From Candidatus Bathyarchaeota archaeon (GTDB lineage Archaea; Thermoproteota; Bathyarchaeia; Bathyarchaeales; Bathycorpusculaceae): a stretch of 64,000 nucleotides of DNA. Where the stretch lies: positions 160,001 through 224,000 of the forward strand of contig CAVTBV010000012.1 in the NCBI GenBank assembly GCA_963733095.1, in the 5' to 3' direction. The notes beneath the pieces are model-generated. The model was not told the origin of the DNA, did no database searches, and saw only the letters and a list, made by a program, of their open reading frames with translations. Position 1 is the first letter of the stretch. Every line of letters begins with the position of its first letter. Both the position numbers and the translations under genes were made by a program. Positions 20,269 through 30,925 of this stretch are shown here, one piece after another.

Positions 20269-21363
20269 ATGGCTGAAACTACTGGCAAACGCAAAATAGA
20301 CCATATTAGGATTTGCTTGGATAAGAAAGCTCAAGCCAAAAACGCTACGGCGGGCTTTGAGGATGTTCAGTTGGTTCATCGTGCTTTGCCAGAGATTAAT
20401 AAATCAAACATCAATCTTTCAACCACTTTTTTAGGAAAAAAATTCAAAGCACCCATCATCGTAGGCGCCATGACGGGCGGTGCCGAAGAAGCAACCAAAA
20501 TTAACGCTTCCATCGCGGAAGCAGTGGAAGAACTTGGGCTGGGTATGGGGGTTGGGAGCCAAAGAGCAGCCATCGAAGACCCAAACTTGGAGAAAACCTA
20601 TCGGGTAGCACGCGAAAAAGCGCCCCATGGGTTTTTAATCGCTAACATCGGCGGAGTGCAATTGGTTCATGGGTACGGCTTAAAAGAGGTTAAGAAAGTC
20701 GTAGAAATGATAGATGCCGATGCGGTCGCGGTTCATTTGAATGCGTTACAGGAAGCAGTTCAGCCTGAGGGTCAAACTAACTTTAAAGGCGTATTAGCCA
20801 AGATTGCAGAGGCAGCCAGCGCACTTGAGGTCCCAGTCATAGTCAAAGAAACGGGCGCAGGCATATCAGCGGAAGATGCCAAAGCACTCAAAAACGCAGG
20901 CGTCAAAGCCATTGACGTTGGCGGTGTGGGCGGAACCAGTTTTGCAGCCGTCGAATATTACCGTTCAACCAAACAAAAAGACGTTTACTTAGGGGAGGCG
21001 TTCTGGGACTGGGGAATACCCACAGCAATCAGTCTAATAGAAACCGCACAAACTGTCAAGTTACCCCTGATTGCGTCGGGCGGCATACGAAGCGGAACCG
21101 ACATAGCCAAAACATTAGCTCTTGGCGCAAGCTTAGCCAGTGTGTCTCAACCTATTCTGGAAACAGCAGTTAAAGGCGCCAAAGAAACCCGAGAAAAACT
21201 TTCCTGCCTAATCGAGGAACTGCGAAATGTCATGTTTCTTGTTGGCGCAGAAAAACTAAACGATTTATCCAAGTCGCCTGTTGTGTTAACTGGCAAGACC
21301 GCTCAGTGGCTTCAAGCCCGCGGATTCAACTTGGAAACATACGCTAAAAGAGGAGCACATTAA
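20269..21363 (+). CDS. fni: Type 2 isopentenyl-diphosphate delta-isomerase
   Basis: RKIDHI, AMTGG, GSQRAA, HLNALQE..QPEG, VKETGAG, GGTS, WGIPT. Confidence 0.96.
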   Translation: MAETTGKRKIDHIRICLDKKAQAKNATAGFEDVQLVHRALPEINKSNINLSTTFLGKKFKAPIIVGAMTGGAEEATKINASIAEAVEELGLGMGVGSQRAAIEDPNLEKTYRVAREKAPHGFLIANIGGVQLVHGYGLKEVKKVVEMIDADAVAVHLNALQEAVQPEGQTNFKGVLAKIAEAASALEVPVIVKETGAGISAEDAKALKNAGVKAIDVGGVGGTSFAAVEYYRSTKQKDVYLGEAFWDWGIPTAISLIETAQTVKLPLIASGGIRSGTDIAKTLALGASLASVSQPILETAVKGAKETREKLSCLIEELRNVMFLVGAEKLNDLSKSPVVLTGKTAQWLQARGFNLETYAKRGAH

Positions 21364-21364
21364 C

Positions 21365-22435
21365 TTGGATATTGAAAAGTTTCTTGAACAAACAGCACCT
21401 TTAGTCGACAAAGCCATCGAAAAATACATCCCTAGAAAATTCACAAGGGACGCGGTTCTCTTCAAAGTTAACCCGCCCATGTATAGTTACACTTTGGAGC
21501 CCATAAATAAGGCGATTGCTGACCCTATCTGGGATATGCTGGATAGAGGTGGAAAACGTTGGCGCCCAACCCTCTTCCTTCTCATCTGTGAAGCCTTAGG
21601 AAAAAACGCCGATTATTGTTTAGATTTCTCAATTATTCCCGAAGTCATCCACAACGGCACACTCGTCATCGACGACATAGAAGACTCATCCGAACTCCGC
21701 AGAGGCAAACCCTGCACCTACAAGATTTTTCAAATGGATATCGCAGTTAACGCCGGAAACGCAATGTACTATCTGCCGCTTATGCCATTGATGGCTCAGA
21801 GAGCAGAACTGTCTCCTGAGGTTCAGCGGGATGTATACGAAGTTTACGTTCAAGAAATGATTAACCTAAGCATGGGACAAGCCATGGACATCGCTTGGCA
21901 TCGAGGCATAGCAAACGCCGACGACTTGAGCCAAGACGATTACTTGCAGATGTGTGCTTACAAAACGGGCACTCTTGCTCGCATGGCAGCAAAAATGGCG
22001 GCGGTTATAGCAGGCGCCAACAAACCCTTAGTCGAAAAACTCGGACGCTTCGCAGAAAGCATCGGCGTTGCCTTCCAGATGCAGGATGACATCTTGGATT
22101 TGACAGGGCAAGAATTCGCTGCAAAAAAAGGTGGCGTTGGACAGGATATTACCGAGGGCAAACGGTCCTTGATGGTTATTTACACACTCAAAAAAGCCAG
22201 CAGCACTGACAAGAAACGACTAATAGAAATTCTAAACCTTCACACTTCCGACCAAAAACTCCGTGACGAAGCCATCGCCCTGATGCAGAAGTATGGCGCC
22301 ATGGATCACGTGAAACAAACTGCAGAAAAGATGGTTACGGAAAGCTGGAACGAAGCAGAAAAACTGTTGCCGACTCTTGAAGCTAAGGAAAAATTAAAAG
22401 CGTTCGCCGAATTCTTGATACAACGAAGCAAGTAA
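21365..22435 (+). CDS. Geranylgeranyl/polyprenyl diphosphate synthase
   Basis: GGKRWRP, DDIED..RRG, GQAMD, KT, FQMQDDILD, DITEGK. Confidence 0.94.
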   Translation: MDIEKFLEQTAPLVDKAIEKYIPRKFTRDAVLFKVNPPMYSYTLEPINKAIADPIWDMLDRGGKRWRPTLFLLICEALGKNADYCLDFSIIPEVIHNGTLVIDDIEDSSELRRGKPCTYKIFQMDIAVNAGNAMYYLPLMPLMAQRAELSPEVQRDVYEVYVQEMINLSMGQAMDIAWHRGIANADDLSQDDYLQMCAYKTGTLARMAAKMAAVIAGANKPLVEKLGRFAESIGVAFQMQDDILDLTGQEFAAKKGGVGQDITEGKRSLMVIYTLKKASSTDKKRLIEILNLHTSDQKLRDEAIALMQKYGAMDHVKQTAEKMVTESWNEAEKLLPTLEAKEKLKAFAEFLIQRSK

Positions 22436-22451
22436 AGCGAGCGTATTTGAT

Positions 22452-24203
22452 TTGGCATTAGAAAACGATATTGAATTACGTGAGTTTATTCGAAAAGTTG
22501 CCCTGCTAAATGCGGTTTCGCATGATGGCAAAGCCCAAGCGGGTGCGATGGTTGGCAAGATTCTTGGCGAAAAAGCTGAGTTCCGCAGTCGCGTAAAGGA
22601 ACTCTCAGGCGTAATTAATGCAGTTGTTGGTGAGGTTAACGGTTTATCGCTCTCTGAGCAGAAGGCTATTGTCGAGAAGAATTGGCCTGAAACCCAAAAG
22701 AAAGAGAAGGCTGAAGAGAAACATCTTCCACCTTTGCCGAACGCTGACAAATATTCAAAAATCGTGACTCGTTTTTCCCCCAACCCCGACTGCGTTCTGC
22801 ACTTGGGTTCGGCAAGAGCCATATTTCTAAGCCATGAGTACGCGCGCATTTACAACGGCAAATTCATCCTCCGCTTCGAAGACACCGACCCCAAAGTGAA
22901 AAAACCCGCCCTCAAATTCTACGACACCATCCGCCAAGACCTGAAATGGCTCGGCTGCACCATCGACGAAGAATACATACAAAGCGACCGTATTCCCGTA
23001 TACTACCAATACACCGAGAAACTCATCGGTGAGGGCAACGCCTATGTCTGCACGTGTATTCCTGATGAATTCCGTACATTAACCTTGGCGAAGCAGCCGT
23101 GTCCCTGCCGAAACCTATCTGTCAGTGAGCAACTGGAGCGTTGGCAACGCATGCTAAACGGCGGCTACCAAGAGGGACAGGCTGTTGTCCGCGTGAAGAC
23201 TGATTTGGATAATCCTAACCCCGCAGTTCGAGACTGGCCAGCTCTGCGCATAATCGACACTAAAAAGTATCCGCATCCCCGAGTTGGAAGCAAATACACT
23301 GTTTGGCCCCTCTACAACCTTGCAGCAGGGTTAGATGACCACTTAATGGGCATGACCCACATTATCCGCGGCAAAGAACATTATACCAACATGGTTCGCC
23401 AAAAATACATGTACCAGCACCTTGGTTGGGAATATCCTGAAGCCATCCATTACGGAAGGTTAAAGATTACAGGTGCGGCGCTGAGCAAATCAAAAATCGT
23501 TGCAGGTATAAAAGAAGGCGACTTTGCAGATTTTGATGACCCACGCCTAGGTACGTTCCAAGCGCTTCGTAAACGAGGTATCACGCCCGAAGCTATTAAA
23601 AAAATGATAATCGACGTCGGCATCAAACCCAACGATGTCACGCTCAGCTGGGAAAACCTCTACGCCTACAACCGCAAAATTCTCGATGCAACCAGCAACC
23701 GCTACTTCTTCGTAGCGCATCCCGTCGAACTTAAAGTGTCTGGGCTTCCTAAATCTTTCGAGGCGAAGTTGCCTTTGCATCCAGAGACTCCCGACCGTGG
23801 CTTTAGAGAATACAGCGTTAAACCCGAAGGAGAAGAGAACGCTGTTAGTTTGTGGATTTCTGGAAAGGACGCTCAAGATATGGAGATAGGGCAAACAATT
23901 CGGCTAATTGAGCTCTTTAATATAAAAATCCAGAGCAAAACCGACACCTGCATTTCTGCACAGTTTGACAGCGAATCCTACGAGGACGTGAGGAAAATCA
24001 AGGTGCAGCTAATCCAGTGGATACCAAAAAACCAAGAATACCCTACCCAAGTTATCCAGCAGGACGCTTCGGTTGTAGATGGATTTGCTGAGTCAGCTTG
24101 CAAAAAGTTAAAGCCAGACGCAATCATACAGTTTGAACGGTTCGGCTTTGTACGAGTAGACAAAGTCGCCGATAACCTAGTCGTTTACTTTGCCCAAAAA
24201 TAG
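22452..24203 (+). CDS. gltX: Glutamyl-tRNA synthetase (archaeal type)
   Basis: TRFSPNP..LHLGS, LRFEDTDP, RGKEH, LSKS, QFERFGF. Confidence 0.96.
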   Translation: MALENDIELREFIRKVALLNAVSHDGKAQAGAMVGKILGEKAEFRSRVKELSGVINAVVGEVNGLSLSEQKAIVEKNWPETQKKEKAEEKHLPPLPNADKYSKIVTRFSPNPDCVLHLGSARAIFLSHEYARIYNGKFILRFEDTDPKVKKPALKFYDTIRQDLKWLGCTIDEEYIQSDRIPVYYQYTEKLIGEGNAYVCTCIPDEFRTLTLAKQPCPCRNLSVSEQLERWQRMLNGGYQEGQAVVRVKTDLDNPNPAVRDWPALRIIDTKKYPHPRVGSKYTVWPLYNLAAGLDDHLMGMTHIIRGKEHYTNMVRQKYMYQHLGWEYPEAIHYGRLKITGAALSKSKIVAGIKEGDFADFDDPRLGTFQALRKRGITPEAIKKMIIDVGIKPNDVTLSWENLYAYNRKILDATSNRYFFVAHPVELKVSGLPKSFEAKLPLHPETPDRGFREYSVKPEGEENAVSLWISGKDAQDMEIGQTIRLIELFNIKIQSKTDTCISAQFDSESYEDVRKIKVQLIQWIPKNQEYPTQVIQQDASVVDGFAESACKKLKPDAIIQFERFGFVRVDKVADNLVVYFAQK

Positions 24204-24216
24204 GTGAAAAAATTAC

Positions 24217-24531
24217 ATGCGTAAACTCGACCATCAAGCTATAATCTGGCCAGTCTACTTCGACTGCAACAAAACTCGAATGGATGGACGCCGAGTCCCA
24301 AAAAACTGCGCTGTGCAATCGCCAAAAATCTTGGAACTCAAAGAAGCAGCTGACAAACTTGGCTTACAAAACGAAGTTAACCTTGAAGCACATCATCCCA
24401 GGATGCCCTGGGCTAAGACGGGCATGATGCTTGTGGAAAAGAACGAGCCGAAAGAAAAAATAATCCAAAAAATCGCAAAGCAACTAGTAAAAATTAAGAG
24501 CCAGCAAGCTCAGATACCAGCAAAACGATAA
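24217..24531 (+). CDS. srp19: Signal recognition particle protein SRP19
   Basis: IIWPVYFD...TR..GRRVPK..AV..P...E. Confidence 0.93.
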   Translation: MRKLDHQAIIWPVYFDCNKTRMDGRRVPKNCAVQSPKILELKEAADKLGLQNEVNLEAHHPRMPWAKTGMMLVEKNEPKEKIIQKIAKQLVKIKSQQAQIPAKR

Positions 24532-24553
24532 AAAAATATTTTTTAAATAAAAA

Positions 24554-24946
24554 TTATGCTTTTTCTTTGGTTATGAGGACAGCGTTGATTATGCCGTCGC
24601 TGCCAGGTCTACTGGTAACTTTTGCTAAGCCCAGGGCAGTTTCTATTTCTGCGCCTTTTGTGATGACGCCTCTGCGGTTGTAATCTACGTTCGCACCATT
24701 CTTGACGACGCGGGTGATTTCGGTTTTCTCTGTCTTGCCGCTTTTAGGGTCAGTTACTGAAGCGTATTTATCACTAAGGACTTTGATCTTGCGGATGCCG
24801 CCCATACCTCGGGTGGTCTTGCGTCTTGGCTCCCCAAGAACTGTCTCCGCTGGAAAACCGCCTGCCTCATACTTCTTCTTGCTTCGGTAAGCTCTTTTTT
24901 TGCCGCCTGAAAGCTTTCTTTTACGTAAACTGCTATGAGTAGACAT
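24554..24946 (-). CDS. rps8e: 30S ribosomal protein S8e
   Basis: RKLSGG, KKYEAG, GMGG, ITKGA.IET..G.A.VTSRPG.DG.INAV. Confidence 0.97.
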   Translation of the reverse strand: MSTHSSLRKRKLSGGKKRAYRSKKKYEAGGFPAETVLGEPRRKTTRGMGGIRKIKVLSDKYASVTDPKSGKTEKTEITRVVKNGANVDYNRRGVITKGAEIETALGLAKVTSRPGSDGIINAVLITKEKA

Positions 24947-25174
24947 AATCTACATATCCTTAATTCGAGTAGCAACTAAAACCGTGGATTTCAATATAAA
25001 TGTATCCGTTAACAGACCAAAGTTCGGTGGCTTGTCAGGGTTTTTGTTTAGAAGCAATATCCAAAAAACCCCCATGCCACAATAACAACCAACAGGTCGC
25101 CAACCAGTTAAATTTTGTTTTCTAAGTCGGTGTTGACTCTTTCAGGGGTGTAAGTCATTGCAAGTAGATGCATT

Positions 25175-25828
25175 CTATGTTTGTTCAGTAGTGTTTTCTT
25201 GGTTTTCTTTTTGCTGCCTCTCCACCAAATCCTCTTTTATGGCTTCCCCAAATATTTTCTTGAGGTCTTTCTTCATAACGGATGTGTCGGTTGTTAAGCC
25301 GAAGTAGTCAGAGAAATAATCCGTGGTTTTCAGTGCCAATGTGCGGCCACTGCGTTCAGTGATTATTAAGCCCATATCCTTAAGCATTTTAACGTGTCCA
25401 TAGGCGTGTTGTCCTCGGACATCGATGACTCTTTTCTGTGATATTGGCTGGCGATACGCGATGTAGGAAAGCGTTTTGAGCGGACCGGACGAAAGCAGGG
25501 GGCGATTCACCAATTTCTTAATCAGGTGAGTAAAGTCTGCTTTCACCTGCAAAACGTAACGCTCATTCTTAAGAGGTAAAATCTCTAGCGCCGTATTGCG
25601 TGCACCATATTCTTTCACGAGTGTTTCAACGTAGCTTTGGGTTCTCTTCTTGGAGCGGCTGCCTACAACTTGACATAACTCGTTTAAGTCGAGTGGGCGA
25701 CCAGCAACGTAGAGAGCTGCCTCTAACAGTGCCAGATGATGGGCTTTTCGGTCGATTTCCTGTGATTGCTCAGCCTCAGGAGTCAAGCTTGAGCCTTGCT
25801 CATTTAATGGGTTTTTCGGCTTTTCCAA
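25175..25828 (-). CDS. scpB: SMC-Scp complex subunit ScpB
   Basis: LEAALYVAG.PL, LKTLSYIAYRQPI, RG, TT..F..YFGL. Confidence 0.93.
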   Translation of the reverse strand: MEKPKNPLNEQGSSLTPEAEQSQEIDRKAHHLALLEAALYVAGRPLDLNELCQVVGSRSKKRTQSYVETLVKEYGARNTALEILPLKNERYVLQVKADFTHLIKKLVNRPLLSSGPLKTLSYIAYRQPISQKRVIDVRGQHAYGHVKMLKDMGLIITERSGRTLALKTTDYFSDYFGLTTDTSVMKKDLKKIFGEAIKEDLVERQQKENQENTTEQT

Positions 25829-26522
25829 CGTTCAGTTTCCCCACAGCTATGTACAATTCCTCAGTTTCCTCATTCTGCCAGAGGCTAACTAAGCCATCCT
25901 GCGCAAGGAACAACAAATAAATAAACATTCGCAAAGCTTCAATTCGCGTTGCACCCTTCGAGAGAGTTGAAAAATCAATTATACCCTGACCACCCGTTTT
26001 CTCGACAAGTATAGCGTACAACTGGTCAACCTGCAACTCAAGTTCCGCGATGAACCTGTCAAACTGGGGCAGCAAATCGGTGACCGCCGGCAACACGGGA
26101 TGCTGTTCAACTACATGATTGAGGCTGAGCAGTTTTTCGCCCTTCAATACATCATCTAAAACCTCTAGCAAGTGCTGTATGGTTGTTGAAGTTAACTCGT
26201 GCCGCAACGGCAAGAATAAAGGCGGAGGAACAAAATCCGTTGGAACCTTAGGTAATGCTGTTGGCGGCTCCTGCAAAGTAAGCAAAAGCTTAGACTTCAT
26301 CAAATAAATCAAAGCTGAAGAATCCAACGCTACGCCTGAAGCGCGGAAATCCACTTTTTGGGGGTGTGTTCGCTCCATCTCCAACAGAAATGACCTGAGC
26401 AAATACGCTATGTTAACGTTCCAAGGGGTAACCTTCTCAAGCTTGCTAATCTCGAAGAGAATATTCCAGGGTGGTCGTAAGTAGAAGGGTCTTCTCATCG
26501 GTGACGACGGCGCAAAAGCCAT
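25800..26522 (-). CDS. scpA: Kleisin ScpA
   Basis: PWNVNI..L, A.L..MKS..LL, F..LLFLA..G.V.L.Q; between smc and scpB. Confidence 0.88.
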   Translation of the reverse strand: MAFAPSSPMRRPFYLRPPWNILFEISKLEKVTPWNVNIAYLLRSFLLEMERTHPQKVDFRASGVALDSSALIYLMKSKLLLTLQEPPTALPKVPTDFVPPPLFLPLRHELTSTTIQHLLEVLDDVLKGEKLLSLNHVVEQHPVLPAVTDLLPQFDRFIAELELQVDQLYAILVEKTGGQGIIDFSTLSKGATRIEALRMFIYLLFLAQDGLVSLWQNEETEELYIAVGKLNVGKAEKPIK

Positions 26523-29500
26523 TATTTTGCTACCTCCGGAGGAAACTTTGCTGTCACCACATTTGAGATGCCGTTGCGTTCGTAGACACCGTAGACTTTT
26601 TGGGCTTTGTTCACCATTTCAGGACGCAGGCTGATGACTATGAACTGGATTTTTTCTGCTTCTTCAAGAAGCGTTTCCGCAAGTTTTGTTGTGTGGAAGG
26701 CATCTAAGTGAGCATCAACTTCGTCGAGGATGTAGAAGGACGCAGGAGTGAACTCTTTGAGCGAAAATATGAAAGCGACCGCTGAAACGGAGCGTTCACC
26801 GCCGCTGGCTCCACTCACAACGATTGAAGGTTTATTTGGGAACTGCACGACCATGTCTATGCCGCCGCTGAAGGGTTCTTCCGGATTTTCGAGCTTAAGC
26901 GTAGCTTCTCCGCCGCCCGTGAGCTTGTCGAAGTAGACTTTGAGGCTCGTGTTGATCTTGTCGAATGCCTCCATGAAGACCTTGCGTTTTTTAGATTCAA
27001 TCTCATCCATAAACAATACGATAGCTTGCTTTTCCCGTTCCAACTCGTTTAAGCGCACGGACAATTCTCGGTACCGTGAAATCTGCTCTGAGTAGTGGGA
27101 TGCGGCAAGCTGGTTGATGGCGCCTATGCGCTCCATTTCAAATTGCATCATACGAATTGTGGTTTCTGCTTCCTGCACTTGGCGCGGGTTAGTTTCTAGA
27201 GGCTGCTCATAACCGAACGTTCTAAGTTGATTTTGAAGCTGCTGCAAACGTAGCTGGCTAGTTTCAATGCCGAGTTGAAGCTGGTTTAGAATCTTTTCCG
27301 CTTGTTCGTACTCTGAATCCAGCAGCCGCAGTTCCGAGTCTATGGAGTCAATTTGGGAAGTGAATTTTTTGGATTCCTCACGAGCAGAAAACACAGCCTC
27401 AGAGAGATCCACACGGCTCTTTTCCAGTTCATCAGCTTCTTTTTTGATTGTTTCTCGCGCCAAAAGTGCATCGGCAACTTCTTTCTCAAGCTTATGCTGC
27501 TGCTGGTCAACCTTTGATAGCTGAATCTTTGTGTTCTTGTAACCGATGCGCAGGACTCTGTCGAATTGTGACTGGTGAGTTGAAATTTCTGTTTGCGCAG
27601 AACCCAACCTTTGGCGCAGGGTGTTTAGTTCTTCGCCGATTTTTTCGCGTTGAACTTCGAGCTCCTGGATGTGGGCTACATCTGTTTTTAATCTTAGGGC
27701 AGCGATTTCTGCGTGGATTTTTTGGTGGTTTCTTCGGATAGCGTTTCGTTCGTTTCGGTAAACGTCCATACGTCCTTTGTAGGATGCAGCTTCTCGTTCA
27801 AGTTTGCCGCCGTACTTTTCGAGGTGGCGTATGTTGAATTGGGTTCTTTTAACGCCGCGTTTTACTCGAATAATTTCTCTCTCAAGGGTGGCGACGGATT
27901 CTGTTAGTTTTGTGATGGCGATTTTGGTGTATTCGAGTTCTTCCTCGATACCTATAATGTCTGTGCCGCGTTGTGCGAGGTGGGTGCGGAGGGCTTTAAC
28001 GGCTTCATCTAAACTGCTTAGTGCCTTTTCGCTCGGAATTATGGTGGAAAAGTCTATTGGTGCTCGGTAGTAGCCGCTTTCGAATGCTCCTGGCTCATAC
28101 AGGTCTCCGCTAACCGTTACTGCGCGGTAGCCTTCGTTTGAAAGGGCAAAAGCGGCTTTGTCGTTTGAGACGACTACTGTGTCTCCGAAAACATAGTTTA
28201 CCGCAAGCTCAAAAGCGCCATCGTACTTCATGAAGCTTGAAAGAGGACCCACTATGCCTTCCCGCTTTGGTGGTTCCTTGTTTTTTATTTTTATTGCACC
28301 TTGAAGCGGTATGAGTTTTATCCTGCCCAGTTTCATACGTCTGAGCGTTTCCATGCAGGTGAAGGCTATGTCGATGTCTTTAACAACTAAGGCATCAAGC
28401 CAGCCTGTAGCGGCTGCATCGACGGCTTTTTTGTAGCTTTTATCAATTTTTATCAGGTTCCTTAGCCTGCCATGAATACCAGAGATTGCGCCTACATCAC
28501 CCATTTCCTCGATGCCGCGAAGCGCTTTCTCTTCATTAGCAATGGTGGCGGCAAGGTCCCTTTGTGTAGCAAACTCTATTACGGCATCTTTGGCGGAACT
28601 AGCAATTTTTTCTGCATCCGTGATTTCTTTTTGAACGGTTTCCTTCTGTGCTTTTTTGCGTTCAATCGTGTGCTCAAGGTTCTTAAGCTGGGCTTTCTGG
28701 TCCTTTTGGACCTGCTCGAGTTCAGCGAGGGATTTCTCGATTTCAACTTGGCTTGCCTGAAACCTTTCTTTTCGCACAGACAAGTTTTTTATTCGCCCAG
28801 TACAAAGCCGCAGTGCCGACTTGTCCTGGGTGTATTCTGAGCGTAAATAGGCGATTCGTTTAACGTGGTTTTCAATTTGGCCTTCCAATGCACGTATCTG
28901 CAGGTTGTTCTCGTCGAGTCCGCCCCAAAGCTGGCTAGTTTCCTGCGCCAACGCTGAGTGTGCAGCTTCTTTTTCTGCGATTTGGGCTTTGAGTTTTTCA
29001 TGTTCATTGCGGAATTGTCGGATTTTTAACCGGTTCTCCCTAATCTCATTTCGCAAGTTCTCATATTGTGAGAGGTTGTTTTCGCGGACACGCTTAAAAC
29101 TGTCCAGACTCGATTGCCCAGAACTGATTTTGGTGTTTAACTCGGTAAGCTTTGATTTTAGCTCTCCAATTTTTATCTGAACCTTAAGAACTTCGGAACC
29201 TCCCTGTTCAAGGCCTTCGCCGCTGAGTTTTCGCCAGTCGCCTTCGATTTCGTGGCGTTTGCTTCTGCGGAGGTCGCGTTGCTCTTTTAGTTTGTCCACG
29301 CGTTCCTTGACCTTTTGGGTTTGGGAGGTATTTTCATTTATCTTTGCGTTCTGTTGAGTGATGTCGTTTGAGATTTTTATAGCTTGGAACTTTTTGGTTT
29401 CAGTTTGGATAAAGTTGTAGCGTAAAAGTTGGTTGCGTTCACGTTCGAGATCGTCGAGGCGTTTTTGGACCTCGTCGATTCTGCCCATAGCGGTTCGGAT

Positions 29501-30073
29501 TGAAATGTCTGCGGCACGCAGTTTATCTTCTGCTTCTATCTTTTCGTCGTCGTATTGGGCTATCCCGATAAGGTCTTCGATGATTTTTCTTCTCTCGACC
29601 GAGTTTAGATCGGTTAATCGTGTAATTGTCCCTTGGGGAATGATGTTTTGGCTCATGCTACTGATTGCGGCAATAGACAAGGTTTCTGTGATATGGGTAC
29701 GGGACATTCGACGTCCGTTTAAGCGGTAAACGCTCTGCCCGTTTCGGTAGACCTCGCGGGAAATCGTCACTGTTGTAGTGTCAACGGGCATTATTCCGTC
29801 GGAGTTATCGAATTGGACAACTACCTTTGCCATTTTTGCTTTTTCTTGTCCAGCCTTCTCTGAACCGTGAAAAATCAATTTAGCCGAGTTTTCGGCACGA
29901 AGCCTCTTTGTGCTAAGTTCTCCAAGCGAAAAAAGCAGTGCATCCATGATGTTGGTTTTACCGCTTCCGTTGGGTCCAGTTATCGCTGTAAAACCCTTAT
30001 CTAGGTTTACTTTAACTGTCTGTGGTCCAAAAGACTTAAAGCCTTTTAACTCAATTTTTTTTATGTAGGGCAT
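26522..30073 (-). CDS. smc: Chromosome segregation protein SMC
   Basis: GFKSF, GPNGSGKT, coiled coils, hinge (GIHGRL..LI, LGR), SGGE, LDEVDAHLD. Confidence 0.97.
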   Translation of the reverse strand: MPYIKKIELKGFKSFGPQTVKVNLDKGFTAITGPNGSGKTNIMDALLFSLGELSTKRLRAENSAKLIFHGSEKAGQEKAKMAKVVVQFDNSDGIMPVDTTTVTISREVYRNGQSVYRLNGRRMSRTHITETLSIAAISSMSQNIIPQGTITRLTDLNSVERRKIIEDLIGIAQYDDEKIEAEDKLRAADISIRTAMGRIDEVQKRLDDLERERNQLLRYNFIQTETKKFQAIKISNDITQQNAKINENTSQTQKVKERVDKLKEQRDLRRSKRHEIEGDWRKLSGEGLEQGGSEVLKVQIKIGELKSKLTELNTKISSGQSSLDSFKRVRENNLSQYENLRNEIRENRLKIRQFRNEHEKLKAQIAEKEAAHSALAQETSQLWGGLDENNLQIRALEGQIENHVKRIAYLRSEYTQDKSALRLCTGRIKNLSVRKERFQASQVEIEKSLAELEQVQKDQKAQLKNLEHTIERKKAQKETVQKEITDAEKIASSAKDAVIEFATQRDLAATIANEEKALRGIEEMGDVGAISGIHGRLRNLIKIDKSYKKAVDAAATGWLDALVVKDIDIAFTCMETLRRMKLGRIKLIPLQGAIKIKNKEPPKREGIVGPLSSFMKYDGAFELAVNYVFGDTVVVSNDKAAFALSNEGYRAVTVSGDLYEPGAFESGYYRAPIDFSTIIPSEKALSSLDEAVKALRTHLAQRGTDIIGIEEELEYTKIAITKLTESVATLEREIIRVKRGVKRTQFNIRHLEKYGGKLEREAASYKGRMDVYRNERNAIRRNHQKIHAEIAALRLKTDVAHIQELEVQREKIGEELNTLRQRLGSAQTEISTHQSQFDRVLRIGYKNTKIQLSKVDQQQHKLEKEVADALLARETIKKEADELEKSRVDLSEAVFSAREESKKFTSQIDSIDSELRLLDSEYEQAEKILNQLQLGIETSQLRLQQLQNQLRTFGYEQPLETNPRQVQEAETTIRMMQFEMERIGAINQLAASHYSEQISRYRELSVRLNELEREKQAIVLFMDEIESKKRKVFMEAFDKINTSLKVYFDKLTGGGEATLKLENPEEPFSGGIDMVVQFPNKPSIVVSGASGGERSVSAVAFIFSLKEFTPASFYILDEVDAHLDAFHTTKLAETLLEEAEKIQFIVISLRPEMVNKAQKVYGVYERNGISNVVTAKFPPEVAK

Positions 30074-30381
30074 TTAGTCTTTATCCTCTCGGAAGCAATG
30101 TTTTTCTTTTTAACATCTCTCGTCAACATACGTATAAAAGCTTATTCAATACCTTCTGCGTTTACACGTATATTGCATGTTTGAGAACCTTTTCGGTTTC
30201 TTATAGAAATTATGCTGACAACATTTAAAGTCATTTCGTCATACTTAAGCTAACCATACTCTGTTGCTTCTTCATGCGTGGCAACTTTTTAGAAATGGTT
30301 GTTTTTCCGAAACCTGTAGCGCTATTATAAAAAAATGAATTCAAAAAAGGGAACTTACGGAGAGCAAGATATAAGTTTTTT

Positions 30382-30708
30382 TTATCTTGCCCAGCAGGGT
30401 CCATACCCATAGCCGTATCCGTAGCCGTAGTTGCCTTGGTAGGGTGCGTTTGGTGCGGGGGTTGAGCTGTCTGTTTGGGGTGCTTGTGGCGCCGTGTATG
30501 GACTGCTGCTGAGGTATGGTTGGTTTGCTGCGTAGCCGAAGCATTGTCCTATCCAGCCAAAGAAGCCTCCGTTGTTAGGTGCTGGCGTGTTGGGGGTTGT
30601 GCCTGTGTAGGTTTGGTTGGCTGCTATTTGGGCTGAAGCTAATCCGACTGCAACCAGGGTTATGGCCGCGACTGCGACTAGGGCTATTACGATTTTTGTT
30701 GTGTTCAT
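30382..30708 (-). CDS. Small exported Gly/Tyr-rich protein
   Basis: Signal peptide MNTTKIVIALVAVAAITLVAVGLASA; C-terminal GYGYGYGYGPCWAR. Confidence 0.65.
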   Translation of the reverse strand: MNTTKIVIALVAVAAITLVAVGLASAQIAANQTYTGTTPNTPAPNNGGFFGWIGQCFGYAANQPYLSSSPYTAPQAPQTDSSTPAPNAPYQGNYGYGYGYGYGPCWAR

Positions 30709-30925
30709 ATTGTTTATCACTATATTACCATATGTGCATGGATGCTTATGGTAGTTGGCTGAAACAAAACTGAAACAACCAGTGAAACAGTTATTTTCCT
30801 GATTTTTAGCGTAACTCCAATAAATACTGAAACTGTTTAGAGGCTTCATCAAGCGTTTTCGCAAGTTTTCAGTGAATTCTTTTATTCCAACTTGTCTTTA
30901 GTTTAAGTGATGAGAAGGTAACAGA

